Shown: piece after piece, positions 28,985 to 39,618 of the stretch
How the letters are laid out: each line of letters starts with the position of its first letter
Position numbering within the stretch: position 1 is the stretch's first letter
DNA from: a virus
DNA length: 64,000 bases
IMG/VR virus record: IMGVR_UViG_3300017774_006254
Location: 32,001 to 96,000 of that record
Direction: 5' to 3' (one strand)
Notes under the pieces: model-generated
Databases searched by the model: none
The model's input: only the letters and a program-made list of their open reading frames with translations
Told to the model about the DNA's origin: nothing
Translations under genes and position numbers: made by a program

Positions 28985-29359
28985 ATGAACCGACTCTTTT
29001 TCGCCCTCGTTGCCATCCTCGCCATCCCTGCGTGCTGTCCCCCAGTCGACTGCCCCAAGCTGGAGCCCGCAGATCTCATCACCGCGACCACCATCGAAGG
29101 CCGCTTCGGCACTTGCGGCGCCATTGCCCCCGATGGACTCGCGTACTGCGGCGCGTACAACCCTGACGCGGATGCCAGCGCGCCCGCTTGCTACGTGGAC
29201 GGGTGGGCGTGCCAGGGCGTGATGATGGCTGACGGCTCGCTCCTCTCGCGACTGGACCTGCATGGTCCGATCAACGGGCGGACGATTACCGCGACCGGCA
29301 TCGGCTACCTGCGCGACGGCACGACTTGCGCTGCGAGTTACACCATCACACTCGACTGA
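28985..29359 (+). CDS. Putative lipoprotein
   Basis: Signal peptide MNRLFFALVAILAIPA-C with a lipobox-like Cys; Cys-rich beta domain. Confidence 0.55.
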   Translation: MNRLFFALVAILAIPACCPPVDCPKLEPADLITATTIEGRFGTCGAIAPDGLAYCGAYNPDADASAPACYVDGWACQGVMMADGSLLSRLDLHGPINGRTITATGIGYLRDGTTCAASYTITLD

Positions 29360-29870
29360 GCGCAAAAGCGACAAGCCAAGCGTGTTTACGTGAAGAAAAC
29401 GAAAGCAAAGCCCTGGAACGAGAAGACGTTCGACCCAACAAGCACATACGAGTTCACGCTGAACGGCATGCTGTTCGTGCGCTCGACCACGCTAAACGTA
29501 GACGAGGTCAACTACTTCACCATCCTCGCGGAAACGTCATGGCGGAAAGGGCACCTCGTCACCCTTTGGTTCCGCAAGAGCGCCAACAGCCAGAGGAGAT
29601 GGACGGCGTACCTTTGGGACGCGAAACCAGGACGCGGCAAAACCCCCGATTTGGCAATCGCGGATGCGATGGTGCTGGCGTATCGCAAGCTTCGCAAGGA
29701 AGAGCTGGAACTGAAACGGGTACGCGACGATCTCGTGCATGCGGGCCTTGCGCTGCGTGAGAACGCGCTATGACCGATCGCAACCGTTACTCTACGATCC
29801 TGCCGAGCCCGCTCATTCGCATCGAGAACGGCCACCCAATTTCTACTTGAGCACCCAGGTCGTTTCGCCC

Positions 29871-29907
29871 TTGACGCTGTCAGACATAATCATTACTTTC
29901 TACACAC
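29871..29907 (+). promoter_or_regulatory. Repeated phage promoter
   Basis: TTGACG-17nt containing TAATCAT-TACTTT-CTACACAC. Confidence 0.7.
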
Positions 29908-29917
29908 GGGAGACGAC

Positions 29918-30319
29918 ATGAACAAGCTTTCGAAAGAGCAAGAGAGGCGGGTATCTGACCTGCGCGCACGGTGGCTCACGGCAAAGGCGGAGCTTCGCGC
30001 TCAAGAAGAACTCGCGAACGAAGAGATCTCGGTGATGGAAGCGGCGCTAGGCGAGAGGATTGACGGTCTGAACGCTTTGGTCGAAGAGGCCAATGCTCTG
30101 CGCGAAGAGATTGCCAGTGCCGCGCAAGAGTCACACGACGCGAAGTCGGAGAAGTGGCAGGAGTCTGATCGCGGATCGAACTTCAGCGACTGGATCTCTT
30201 CGTGGAACGAAGAAGTCGAAGAAGTCGAGCCGATTTTGCTCGACCGCATCGAGCGCGCCATCGATCTCCCGGAAGATCTTCTGTCAGAAGACGAGTACCC
30301 AAGCGAGCCAAGATCCTGA
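29918..30319 (+). CDS. Acidic coiled-coil protein
   Basis: SEKWQESDRG motif; follows promoter and RBS. Confidence 0.6.
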   Translation: MNKLSKEQERRVSDLRARWLTAKAELRAQEELANEEISVMEAALGERIDGLNALVEEANALREEIASAAQESHDAKSEKWQESDRGSNFSDWISSWNEEVEEVEPILLDRIERAIDLPEDLLSEDEYPSEPRS

Positions 30320-30593
30320 ACGGAGAAAAGATGACTTGTCCATCATGCTCGCGCGAGACGTTCCGTGGTTTTGGCCTTTGTGAGTCGTGCGCTGCGCGAA
30401 AAGCAAAGCAGCCAGAGAGACGCTCGCTCTCCCGGTCAGAAATGCGGGCAGAGTGCAGTGACGCAGAATTTAGCGACTTGTGCGCCGCCGTGGCCGACAG
30501 TGGTGGTGCCCTCTACTGGGTTGCCTGACCGCATCCCCCAGATACTACTTACGACACACGAAGGCGCCCCTTACGGCGCCCAGGAGAGAGACA

Positions 30594-32042
30594 ATGACGC
30601 AGGTTTATTCGATGAGCATCATGGGCGTTACTGGCCGCCTCGCCGCCGTAGCGCACAACCATGATGACAAGGCGCTCCGCGTTAGTGGCGTGTCAGACGT
30701 GGTGGCACGAGACCTCCTCGTCCGTGCCAAGGCTGCCCTGCACAGCTATCAGCTTCAGGCAAAGCCGACGGGTGTCGTGACAATCGAGCATCGCGGCGGG
30801 CCCGCAACGCAGTACGACTTGGCGGTGGCCATCGCTTCCGCCGTCCACGGGGCGCCCGTTCCCGACGACACCGTGTTCCTCGGAGAACTCTCGTTCAGCG
30901 GAGAATTGCGCCCGATTCGCGGTCTCATTCCGATGCTCTTGGAGGCCCGGGAGACGGGATTCTTGAAGCGCGCAGTGGTCCCGATGTCGCAACTTCACGA
31001 AGCTTCCATCGTGACCGGCATCGACATCCGTGGCGCTCGCTCACTCGCCGAAGTTATGGCGAATATGCGAACCAACGACTTGCCAAGCGCTCCCGAGTGG
31101 AAGCATCCGCCGTCCATCTTCACGCCTGACCTCGAAGAGATGGTCGTGAACCCGCTCGTCATCCGCGCGATGGAGATATCCGCTGCCAGTGGCCTCGGGT
31201 TGCTCCTCATGGGAACCAATCGGAAGACCACGGCGCTTGCCCGGTGCATGCCTGGGATCTTGCCAGCGCTAACACCCGAGGAAGCGCTCGACATCGCCGC
31301 CATTCAGAGCGCAGCTGGCATTCGAGTTGAGCGTTTCACAAGTCGCATGCGTCCTTTTCGAGCGCCTCATCACACCGTGTCGGCCCCTGGTCTCACTGGC
31401 GGAGGCAAGCCCGTGCACGTTGGAGAAGCGAGCCTTGCAGACGAAGGCGTGCTCTTTCTCGACGAGCTTCCAGAGTTCCGCCGACAAGTGCTTAGCAGCC
31501 TGTCCGATGTGATCGGCAATGGAAGCGCGACGTTCCTCGAAGGCGAGACCAAAGTTCGTCTGCCAGCAACCACGCTGCTCATCGCCGCGATGTCACCGTG
31601 CCCTCGCAGGTGCTTTGCAGTGAACTACCCCCTCATCGACGCTGACGGGAAAATGGGCAGCAAGCCCCCTTGCCGGTGTCCCCTTGACCGCGTGAACGCC
31701 TGGATGTCACGCATCACGCCGATCGTGCAACACCTCCCGCTTTGCGTAGACGTCGACTCGCCCGGAGAGGTGCGATCGCAACCGTCCAGCGTCATCCGTG
31801 AACGAGTGGCCGCCGCGCAAGAGCGATGGCAGGCGCAGGACGAAAGCCCTTCCAAGATGCCGATCTCCGATGATGCACAGCGTGAGCTTGCGGCGCTATT
31901 CGGGCGCAATCAGTCGATAGGGCGACAGATCGCAACCGCCATCGCGCACCTTGCTGGTTGGCCGATCATCGCAGAGAAGCACGTGCGCGAAGCCCGTGAG
32001 TTCTCAACTGCGGTGCAGCACTTCCCGAAGCTTTCGCCATGA
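30594..32042 (+). CDS. ComM/YifB Mg-chelatase-like protein with degenerate ATPase motifs
   Basis: YDLAVA, LGELSFSGELRPIRG, RPFRAPHHTVS, GEASLADEGVLFLDELPEF; Walker A is replaced by MGTNRKTT. Confidence 0.85.
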   Translation: MTQVYSMSIMGVTGRLAAVAHNHDDKALRVSGVSDVVARDLLVRAKAALHSYQLQAKPTGVVTIEHRGGPATQYDLAVAIASAVHGAPVPDDTVFLGELSFSGELRPIRGLIPMLLEARETGFLKRAVVPMSQLHEASIVTGIDIRGARSLAEVMANMRTNDLPSAPEWKHPPSIFTPDLEEMVVNPLVIRAMEISAASGLGLLLMGTNRKTTALARCMPGILPALTPEEALDIAAIQSAAGIRVERFTSRMRPFRAPHHTVSAPGLTGGGKPVHVGEASLADEGVLFLDELPEFRRQVLSSLSDVIGNGSATFLEGETKVRLPATTLLIAAMSPCPRRCFAVNYPLIDADGKMGSKPPCRCPLDRVNAWMSRITPIVQHLPLCVDVDSPGEVRSQPSSVIRERVAAAQERWQAQDESPSKMPISDDAQRELAALFGRNQSIGRQIATAIAHLAGWPIIAEKHVREAREFSTAVQHFPKLSP

Positions 32043-32226
32043 TCATCAAGCTCCGCGAACTCATCGTACTGCACAGTTCGCAACGCAGGCTCTATCTAGG
32101 AATTTCGCTCCCAGCATGGCCCGAATTCACGTTCTGGCGTGACACACGCTCTCGCAAAACCAAGCGCGCCATCGAACGCGCAGATCGCAAAGCCCTGAAA
32201 CGACAACGCCGCGAAAGCGGAGAAGG

Positions 32227-33165
32227 ATGATCCCAATGACCGACGCAACCGAGACTGAAACCCACGAAGAATCCACCTCGAAGAAGAAGCAGCTGATCGA
32301 CGGCAAGCGCTCACCGCTGTTCCTGGTCGACCCTGAGACGCTGACGATCATCGGCGTGGACACCGACGACAAGCAGGGCGAGCACCCGCTGTGGGACGAG
32401 CGCGCGTTCGAGCCGCTTGCAGAGACGATGGTTTTGAACATCATGGCTTTGGGCGTTCAAGAGCCGGTCATCGTCGTGGTCGAAGGCAAGGACAAGGACC
32501 GCAGGTCCATCATCGTCGACGGCCGAAGGCGCTGTCTCCATGCTCGTGAGGCAAATCGTCGCCTCAAGGCACTGGGAGAAGAGACGATTCCCGTCCCGGT
32601 CATCGCGAAGAAGGGCATGAGCGAAGAGGACCAGTCCATGGTCATGGTGAGCCTGAACGAGCAGCGCGCCGAAGACTCCATGATGATCAAGGCTGCGAAG
32701 GCTGCCCGCATGCACTCGCGTGGTGTCTCCGCCGGAAAGCTCGCGATCGCGTTCGGCGTGAACGTCCAGAGCATCGAGCTGTGGATCAAGATCAACAGCT
32801 TGAGCAACGCGACGAAGGAGATGATCGCCGAGAAGAAGATCAGCCCCACGGCCGCCGCCGCTTTCGCGGGGATGAGCGCCGCCGACCAGAAGACTTCCAT
32901 CACGGAGTTGCTTGCCGAGTCCGCCGCGACCGGTGAGAAGCCCACCGTCGAGCGTGCAAAGCAGAAGGTGAAGGCCAAGCGCAACGAGAAGAACGGCACG
33001 ACCGTCGAGGTGACTGGCGTTGCTCCGAAGCTGCGCGTTCTCAAGAAGGTCATCGAGAACGGCGCGGGCGTGCTGAGCGATGACTTCATCCGTGGCTTGC
33101 GCGTCGCGATTGGGGACTTGAGCCCCAGTGCGATCAAGGGCCTTCAAGAGCTGATGCGGAAGTAG
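32227..33165 (+). CDS. ParB-like protein
   Basis: GVQEPVIV...IIVDGRRR ParB N-terminal motif, then an HTH-like region. Confidence 0.75.
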   Translation: MIPMTDATETETHEESTSKKKQLIDGKRSPLFLVDPETLTIIGVDTDDKQGEHPLWDERAFEPLAETMVLNIMALGVQEPVIVVVEGKDKDRRSIIVDGRRRCLHAREANRRLKALGEETIPVPVIAKKGMSEEDQSMVMVSLNEQRAEDSMMIKAAKAARMHSRGVSAGKLAIAFGVNVQSIELWIKINSLSNATKEMIAEKKISPTAAAAFAGMSAADQKTSITELLAESAATGEKPTVERAKQKVKAKRNEKNGTTVEVTGVAPKLRVLKKVIENGAGVLSDDFIRGLRVAIGDLSPSAIKGLQELMRK

Positions 33166-33591
33166 TCATGAACACGAACGAACCCAAGCCCGAGTCCCCC
33201 GAGCTGGACGAACCCACACGACTGCGTCTGGTCGACCACGCGCGAGAGGAGTACGCCAATGACGACCTGGAGATCGACGACAACGCGAAGGTCTCACTGA
33301 ACGACGAGGGCGGCGCCTGGATCGCGGCTTGGGTCTACGTCCGACTCGAAGACTTGCCAGATAACAGCGCAGCGTCAGCAGCGGAGAGCGACACATGACT
33401 ACTTCGAAACCGATCCTGAAGAAGATCGAAGAAGCCCAGAAGGGTGATCGGGTAGAAATCACCTATCGAGGCGAGAAGGTCACCGGCAAAGTCATGCTCG
33501 TGAAGAAGGACGGCACGGTCACGGTGGCCACAGAAAACCACTCTGACCCGGACGTGGGCTGGGTCGACGTTCGTCTGCCAAAGAATACGGG

Positions 33592-33627
33592 TTGACAGTC
33601 ACGTCGTAATCGTTACTTTCTACACAC
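33592..33627 (+). promoter_or_regulatory. Repeated phage promoter
   Basis: TTGACA-16nt containing TAATCGT-TACTTT-CTACACAC. Confidence 0.7.
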
Positions 33628-33662
33628 ACGAGAAGTCGCCTGATACGGCGCAGGAGAATCTG

Positions 33663-34787
33663 ATGAGCAACGAGTCCGCACCACGCGTCCCCAACCGCAA
33701 GCCCGATCACCCCGTCGACATGAAGGAAGATCCGATCGGAACTCTTCCCGATCAGAAAGATGTCTGGAACGACAAGTCATTCGCCTCCCTCGACGATGCG
33801 ATCGATTGCGTGCTCGCTGCCCATGAGAAGGATGGGCCACGCACGGACGTGAAGATCGAAGACGTGAACAAGTGGATTGCGAGCGCGTACTGCGGAAGCT
33901 CTTGCTTCTACCGCCCAGGCGAGGATTTCCTCTTGCTGCGAGGTACCGCGTTCGCTCACTTGTGCGAGCGTGCCAAGGCGCCGCCGAGGTACTTGCAGAG
34001 TATCCCGATGATTCACTCGCTTCCCGCTCTCAACTGGGGCATTCGCAAGCAGACAGAAGGCACGGCTCTCCTCCGGCTCGTCAATGGCGATGAGGTGCGA
34101 GCCATCCTCTCTCATCGCTACGCGATGCTGGATGACGCAGTGGCGCTCCCGCAGCTTCGCGACTGCCTGAAGATGATCGACCTTCTCCCGAAGGTGTCTA
34201 CGCGCGTTGTGGCGACTGGCCTCACGACGCTCGTGCGCCTCTCACTCCCGGAAGATGAAGCGCAGGAGGTGAACGGAGAGATCGTCGACGTCTCGTTCGA
34301 TCTGACCAATGGCGAAGTGGGCAATCGCGCCGTCGCGCTTTCACCGTCGATCTACCTTCGCAGTCGAAATACATCCGCTCGCCGTAAGGGTCTCCGCCTT
34401 CGGCACCTCGGATCCCCCGACCGCATGGAGCTGGAATTCCAGGAAGCGATGCCCGCTATCCTGGAAGAGGCAGAGCTGATGCGAAGTCAGCTCGTTGATA
34501 GCGTCGACAAGATCATCAAGAACATGGCTGCCGAAGCGGAGAGCTTGCGGACGCTTGGTCTCTCGATCGCTGAGGCTCGGGATGTCGTGCGCACGATCGC
34601 CCGCGACTCCAACGTCACTCTCCCGAACGACACGAGCGAGTGGGAGGCCCCGCTGAAGGCGATGACAGGCGTCAACGCTTACGACGTCTTCACCGCCATC
34701 ACACAGCTCGGCGACGAGCGTCCGAACGAGCGCCGGTTGGATCTGGAGGAGTCGGCTGGACGCTACCTGAATCGGGTGTCGCGATGA
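33663..34787 (+). CDS. DUF932-like protein
   Basis: RAILSHRY...LTNGEVG...RHLG pattern typical of phage/plasmid DUF932. Confidence 0.65.
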   Translation: MSNESAPRVPNRKPDHPVDMKEDPIGTLPDQKDVWNDKSFASLDDAIDCVLAAHEKDGPRTDVKIEDVNKWIASAYCGSSCFYRPGEDFLLLRGTAFAHLCERAKAPPRYLQSIPMIHSLPALNWGIRKQTEGTALLRLVNGDEVRAILSHRYAMLDDAVALPQLRDCLKMIDLLPKVSTRVVATGLTTLVRLSLPEDEAQEVNGEIVDVSFDLTNGEVGNRAVALSPSIYLRSRNTSARRKGLRLRHLGSPDRMELEFQEAMPAILEEAELMRSQLVDSVDKIIKNMAAEAESLRTLGLSIAEARDVVRTIARDSNVTLPNDTSEWEAPLKAMTGVNAYDVFTAITQLGDERPNERRLDLEESAGRYLNRVSR

Positions 34788-35293
34788 CCCTCGGCGCAGC
34801 GATCAACTCGATGGTCATCACAGGCATCACGGGCACGGCGAAGGCTGTCACACCGGCCTGGAAGCTCGCGAGGATCAGCGAACGCGGCGAATGGAACCCG
34901 ACCGTCACTGACGGGAAGTTCTTTCTCGATCACACGGAACTCGTCTTCGGCCTGTACGCATTCGACAGCAATTCCCACACGTACTGCGCGGAGATCACCC
35001 CTTCGTACGAACTGCACAGAGTCGGCTCCGACTACACGCTTTCAGAAGCTGGACACGCTCTCTCTGACGAAGACCGAGAGAGGCTCTACACCATCCAGGA
35101 CGAAGCGAACGTCGACGCTGATTGCGTCATCTACATCCATGTTGGAGTCGTAGAGCGCTTGATTGGCGCTCATCCGGAGAACTTCAAAGACGTCGAAGTG
35201 GACCAGGACGCGCTCGGCGCTGATGACCCAACTCTTGCCGCCGTAGACGAGATCCGAGAGCGCGTCTGCACTGGCTCACTCAGCTTCTACTGA
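34784..35293 (+). CDS. Hypothetical protein
   Basis: ATGA-coupled ORF. Confidence 0.5.
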   Translation: MTLGAAINSMVITGITGTAKAVTPAWKLARISERGEWNPTVTDGKFFLDHTELVFGLYAFDSNSHTYCAEITPSYELHRVGSDYTLSEAGHALSDEDRERLYTIQDEANVDADCVIYIHVGVVERLIGAHPENFKDVEVDQDALGADDPTLAAVDEIRERVCTGSLSFY

Positions 35294-35362
35294 TCCTTCA
35301 CGTTTCTGTTCCGCAACCATCAACGAAGGCGCCCCTTACGGCGCCAAGAAAGAGTCCCCTAC

Positions 35363-36502
35363 ATGTCGAACGATCACATCATCGCCGCGCAGATCTGCGT
35401 ACAGGCCCGTTTCGCTCTCTTCCTCTGGGGCGCCCCAGGCATCGGCAAGACGGCCGTACTCGAAGAGCTAGCCCCGATGCTCGACGAGAAGATCTGGACC
35501 GTCCTCCTCTCGATCCGCGAGCCCAGCGATCAGGGCGGCCTGCCGATCATCCGCCCGAACGGCGTCACCATGCACCCGCCCCTGTGGGCTCATGAGTTGA
35601 ACCAAGAGCAGAAGGGGATCGTTTTTTGGGATGAGTTCAACACAGCCCCCGCAACAACCCAGTCGTCAGCCTTGCGCATCATTCACGGCGGCTATGCCGG
35701 TGACATGAAGCTCCCTCGTGAGACAAGCCACGTCGCGGCCGGAAACCCACCCGAGGAATTTCCGGGAGGTTTCAACCTGACAGCTGCCATCGCGAACCGA
35801 TGGGTACACATCCGGTGGCCTCTTCAGCCCGCCATCTGGTGCAGTGGGATGGTCTCTGGCTGGGAGTCGCCCCCCGTCGTGCAGGTGCCCGCAGATTGGC
35901 GACGCAAGGTTCCCGTCAATCGCGGTCTCATTGCCGCCTTCATCTCTCAGCACCCCGAGCTTCTTTTGTCCTACCCAACGTCGCGAGTTGAGCAGGGCAG
36001 GGCATGGCCTAGCCCGCGCACCTGGGAGCGAGTCGCCTTCCTGATCGCGGCCTGCGATGCAGCTGGCTACCACGTGAAGTCCGAAGTCACGCGCCTGCTC
36101 GTTCTCGGATGCGTTGGAGAGGGTGCAACGATCACGTTCTACACCTGGCTCAACGAGCAGGACTTGCGTGACCCCGAGGAGTACCTCGCCGAGCCGTACA
36201 AGACGCCACTGCCTGACCGTCAGGACAAGGTGATGTCGACGCTGATGTCCGTCTGCGCCGCAGCACTCAGCAAGTCCCACGCAGACGCTGAACGCGCAGG
36301 AAGGTGGGTGACCGCATGGAAGGTCATCGGGCGCGTGATGGACTCCGCTCCTGACTTGGCAATCCCCGCAGCACGCATCCTCGCTACGGTGATCACGACA
36401 GATCCCGCGCTCAAGAGCGTCAAAACCAACTTGCCTCCAGAGCTGTCCAAGATCCTCCCGTTCCTGGAGGAAGCCAAGATCGATCACAAGAAGTCGCGAT
36501 GA
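35363..36502 (+). CDS. MoxR-like AAA+ ATPase
   Basis: Walker A GAPGIGKT, Walker B VFWDE, AAGN, AIANRW, PSPRTW. Confidence 0.88.
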   Translation: MSNDHIIAAQICVQARFALFLWGAPGIGKTAVLEELAPMLDEKIWTVLLSIREPSDQGGLPIIRPNGVTMHPPLWAHELNQEQKGIVFWDEFNTAPATTQSSALRIIHGGYAGDMKLPRETSHVAAGNPPEEFPGGFNLTAAIANRWVHIRWPLQPAIWCSGMVSGWESPPVVQVPADWRRKVPVNRGLIAAFISQHPELLLSYPTSRVEQGRAWPSPRTWERVAFLIAACDAAGYHVKSEVTRLLVLGCVGEGATITFYTWLNEQDLRDPEEYLAEPYKTPLPDRQDKVMSTLMSVCAAALSKSHADAERAGRWVTAWKVIGRVMDSAPDLAIPAARILATVITTDPALKSVKTNLPPELSKILPFLEEAKIDHKKSR

Positions 36503-37911
36503 AGAAGAACAAAAACGTCAAAGCGGAGGAACGAGTTCGGGTAGCTCGCGCTAGAGCCTCATTTCTTCGCGGCTACTTCGCGAGCGCGCTCTACGCGCTG
36601 ATTCCAATCGAGTCGGAACTGGTCCCGACGATGGCCGTAGACGTCTACGGGCGACTCTATTACAGCCCCACGTTCGTCCTCAGCGTGACAGTCGACGAGC
36701 TGACAAGCGTGTGTCTTCATGAGGTGGGGCACAAGCTTCGTCGCCATCATGAGCGGGCAGACGCCATCGGGGTAACCGAGGCAACGCACACGATTGCGAA
36801 CTGGTGCCAAGACGCGGAGCTGAACGATGACCACGCTGACGAGGTCAAGAAGTTCAAGGACGTGGCAGCTTTGCCCGGTAGCCCGTTCTACCCTTCAACC
36901 TTCGGGTTCGAAGATGGAAAGATGTGGGAGACCTACTACTTCGAACTGCTCAAACAGGCGCTTCCGTTCAACCCGTCACCTTCGACTGACCCGTCGGCCA
37001 AAGGATCTGGTGAAGGTGACGGCGACGGGTCTGGCGACGGAGACTCCGACAGCGAAAAAGGCTCCGGATCTTCGAAGAGCAAGGGCGAAGACAAGGACGG
37101 CAAGGGCTCCTCTCCCGCCAAGTCCGGAAAGGGCGGCTTCGACGCAAGCGGAAAGCACAACTGCGGCTCCGCAGCTCATGGCGTGAAACAGCCGTGGGAA
37201 CTCGGGGCACCTAACGCCGATGGTTCCAACGAAGGTCTGGAAGATGGCGACTGGCGCAACATCGAGCGCATCGTTGCTTCTGAGATCAAAGCGGAAGCTG
37301 CCAAGGGAAGAGGCACCGTTCCCGGCTCGTGGGTTGACTGGGCGAACGAGCTTCTCAGGCCGGTCCATGTCCCATGGGATCAGGAACTGAGCGTACTAAT
37401 GAAGCACTCTGTGAATACCGTTTCTGGCAGGGTCTTTCACTCCTACGCTCGACCGTCTCGACGACAGAACCCCGAAATCGTCTTCCCTTCGATGCGGAGT
37501 CCAGTCCCGTGCATCGCGTTCATCGGGGACACGTCTGGGAGCATGAGCGGCAGAGCTTTGGGCCTTGTCCGTGGCGTAGTGCAAGACATCTGCTCGGATG
37601 TCCAAGCAGACCTTCGCTTCATCGCGACTGACATGGTGGCTCATGATGCGCAGCGAGTCACCGACGGCCACTCTCTGGAGATGAAAGGACGTGGCGGCAC
37701 AGACATGCGCGTTGGCTTTGCCGCTGCTGAAGAGATTTCGCCTTCGGTAGACATCATCGTGATCGCCACTGATTGCGATACGCCGTGGCCTGAAGTCGAG
37801 CCGATGGTGCCAGTCATCGTGTGCGCCATCGACGCTTCGGAATATGCCATCGCAGCCATCCCTAAGTGGGCAACTGTGATCATTATCGAGGAGGACGCGT
37901 GTCAGTCGTAA
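36499..37911 (+). CDS. Metallopeptidase-like plus vWA domain protein (DUF2201-like), MoxR partner
   Basis: HEVGH zincin motif, G/D/S/K linker, MIDAS DTSGSM, GGTD, TD. Confidence 0.85.
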   Translation: MKKNKNVKAEERVRVARARASFLRGYFASALYALIPIESELVPTMAVDVYGRLYYSPTFVLSVTVDELTSVCLHEVGHKLRRHHERADAIGVTEATHTIANWCQDAELNDDHADEVKKFKDVAALPGSPFYPSTFGFEDGKMWETYYFELLKQALPFNPSPSTDPSAKGSGEGDGDGSGDGDSDSEKGSGSSKSKGEDKDGKGSSPAKSGKGGFDASGKHNCGSAAHGVKQPWELGAPNADGSNEGLEDGDWRNIERIVASEIKAEAAKGRGTVPGSWVDWANELLRPVHVPWDQELSVLMKHSVNTVSGRVFHSYARPSRRQNPEIVFPSMRSPVPCIAFIGDTSGSMSGRALGLVRGVVQDICSDVQADLRFIATDMVAHDAQRVTDGHSLEMKGRGGTDMRVGFAAAEEISPSVDIIVIATDCDTPWPEVEPMVPVIVCAIDASEYAIAAIPKWATVIIIEEDACQS

Positions 37912-39084
37912 GGGCCAAGAAGACCGCCACGCAAGCCGTGGTCGATGAAACCTCTGCGTCCGCCTGGAAGGCGCTCCTGGAGGCCGCGCAAGCGGTTGAC
38001 GCGATGGTCTGGCGCGCAGAAGGCCAGGGGTCCGGCTGCGAAGTCCAGGCAGCCACCATGCGCCAGCACCTCACCAAGGTTACACGCCTCACCCCGGCAT
38101 CGACGGTAGAGAGCGCCCGCTCCGCCGTACCACCCAAGTGGTCCTTCATGGACTACAAAAAGGCCGCGACGGTCTGCGTCGAGCTGCGACTCATCGTGCT
38201 CGAAATGTCGTCGAAGCTTGTTGGTATTTGCCCCGAGATGGACAAGGTTCGGGGAGACGCTCTGCTGAGCGTCGTCGCGAGCACTGAGGCCCTGGGGCCG
38301 TACACAGAGCTGTGCAAGAGAGAGCGTTCTTTCGAACGTCTCGTTGGAGACGAAAGCGATCGCCGAAGATCCTGAATGTGAATGAACCGTCGACAATCGA
38401 CGGAGAAAGCGTGACAAACGTGAAGAAGAACAAAGAGCCGGTACAAGTTGGTCGTTCGTTGGTTACATGCGCCGGAAGCACTGACGGGAAAAAGCACTAC
38501 GTCTGCTACTACGCCGATGGGACCGTGACGTGTGGATGCGGAGAGAGCGCCATCGAGAGCGCTGCCCGCGCCGGAGCACTCGTGCGCCTTGGAGGATCGG
38601 AACCAACAGAGCGAACCTGCGCGTCACTCGCCTGTTTCCTGATGTCCACCCTCCCCGGACTGATCGGTAGCGATGACTGGCAAAATTCAGAAGGGTGGAA
38701 GAGCTACAGCTCTCTCGCGGTGACGCAGGACGTCTACGGCTTCATCCAGAGCCAAGACCCACGAGCGAAAGCTCGCTCTGTCGCAACGAAGGAGATCTTG
38801 AAGTGCAAGAGCTACCGCGATGGGATGACGCGAGACGACTTCGCCGAAGAGCTGCACTTCAGCAACGCCGACCCGTCTGAAGGAACTCAAGTCGCCGCGT
38901 TCTCCTCAGACACATGGTCCATCCCACTGGCCACCGACTGGCTGGAGAGCGTCGCCAAGAAGGGCATGGCTCTGTTCAAGGGCATGTTCGTCGTCGCCAT
39001 GGAGAACGAGTCGCTACTGGCGATCGCTGGCTCCAACGACGAGGGTTTTGTCATTAAGCGGTTTTCGCGCCTGGAAGGTGCGCA

Positions 39085-39618
39085 GTGACCTCCGCTTTGT
39101 ATCGCGCGTTTTTGATCGGCTCGCTTCGTTTGAACGAGCGGGGCCAGATTGCACTAACGCAGGTGCACGTCAGTCACAGGCCTACTCATATGAACTACGC
39201 GAGAGCTAGTGTTCTTCGTGTCAAGAAAGAAGACGTGACAGAGTTCGATCTACTGGAGAGTCCGGAGTTCAACGACTTTGAGGAGGCCAAGCTCTGGATC
39301 GAAGGGGCGTACAAGGGCCGCTTCCCGAAGCTTGCGAGCGCTCTCTCGATTACCGAGAGCAGTGACGTGGCGAGCCAGGCGAAAGCGCAAGCCCCGAGCA
39401 AGCCGAAATGCCGCGAGTGCGGTGGTACCGACCTTGAATGGCAGTGCATGCAGTCGAATCGTGGCGGAGCGGTGAATGGACGCCTGCGACTGAACGAAGT
39501 GAGCACGGTGTTCGTGCTGTCGTGCACTGAGTGCTCAGAAGACGTGCGCAGGGTGAGCGGAGATGACGTGGCGGCGTGGATGACGACTGCGAAGTTGTCG
39601 CCTGAGGTGGCGACGTGA
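39085..39618 (+). CDS. Zn-ribbon-containing hypothetical protein
   Basis: CRECG...CTEC. Confidence 0.5.
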   Translation: MTSALYRAFLIGSLRLNERGQIALTQVHVSHRPTHMNYARASVLRVKKEDVTEFDLLESPEFNDFEEAKLWIEGAYKGRFPKLASALSITESSDVASQAKAQAPSKPKCRECGGTDLEWQCMQSNRGGAVNGRLRLNEVSTVFVLSCTECSEDVRRVSGDDVAAWMTTAKLSPEVAT

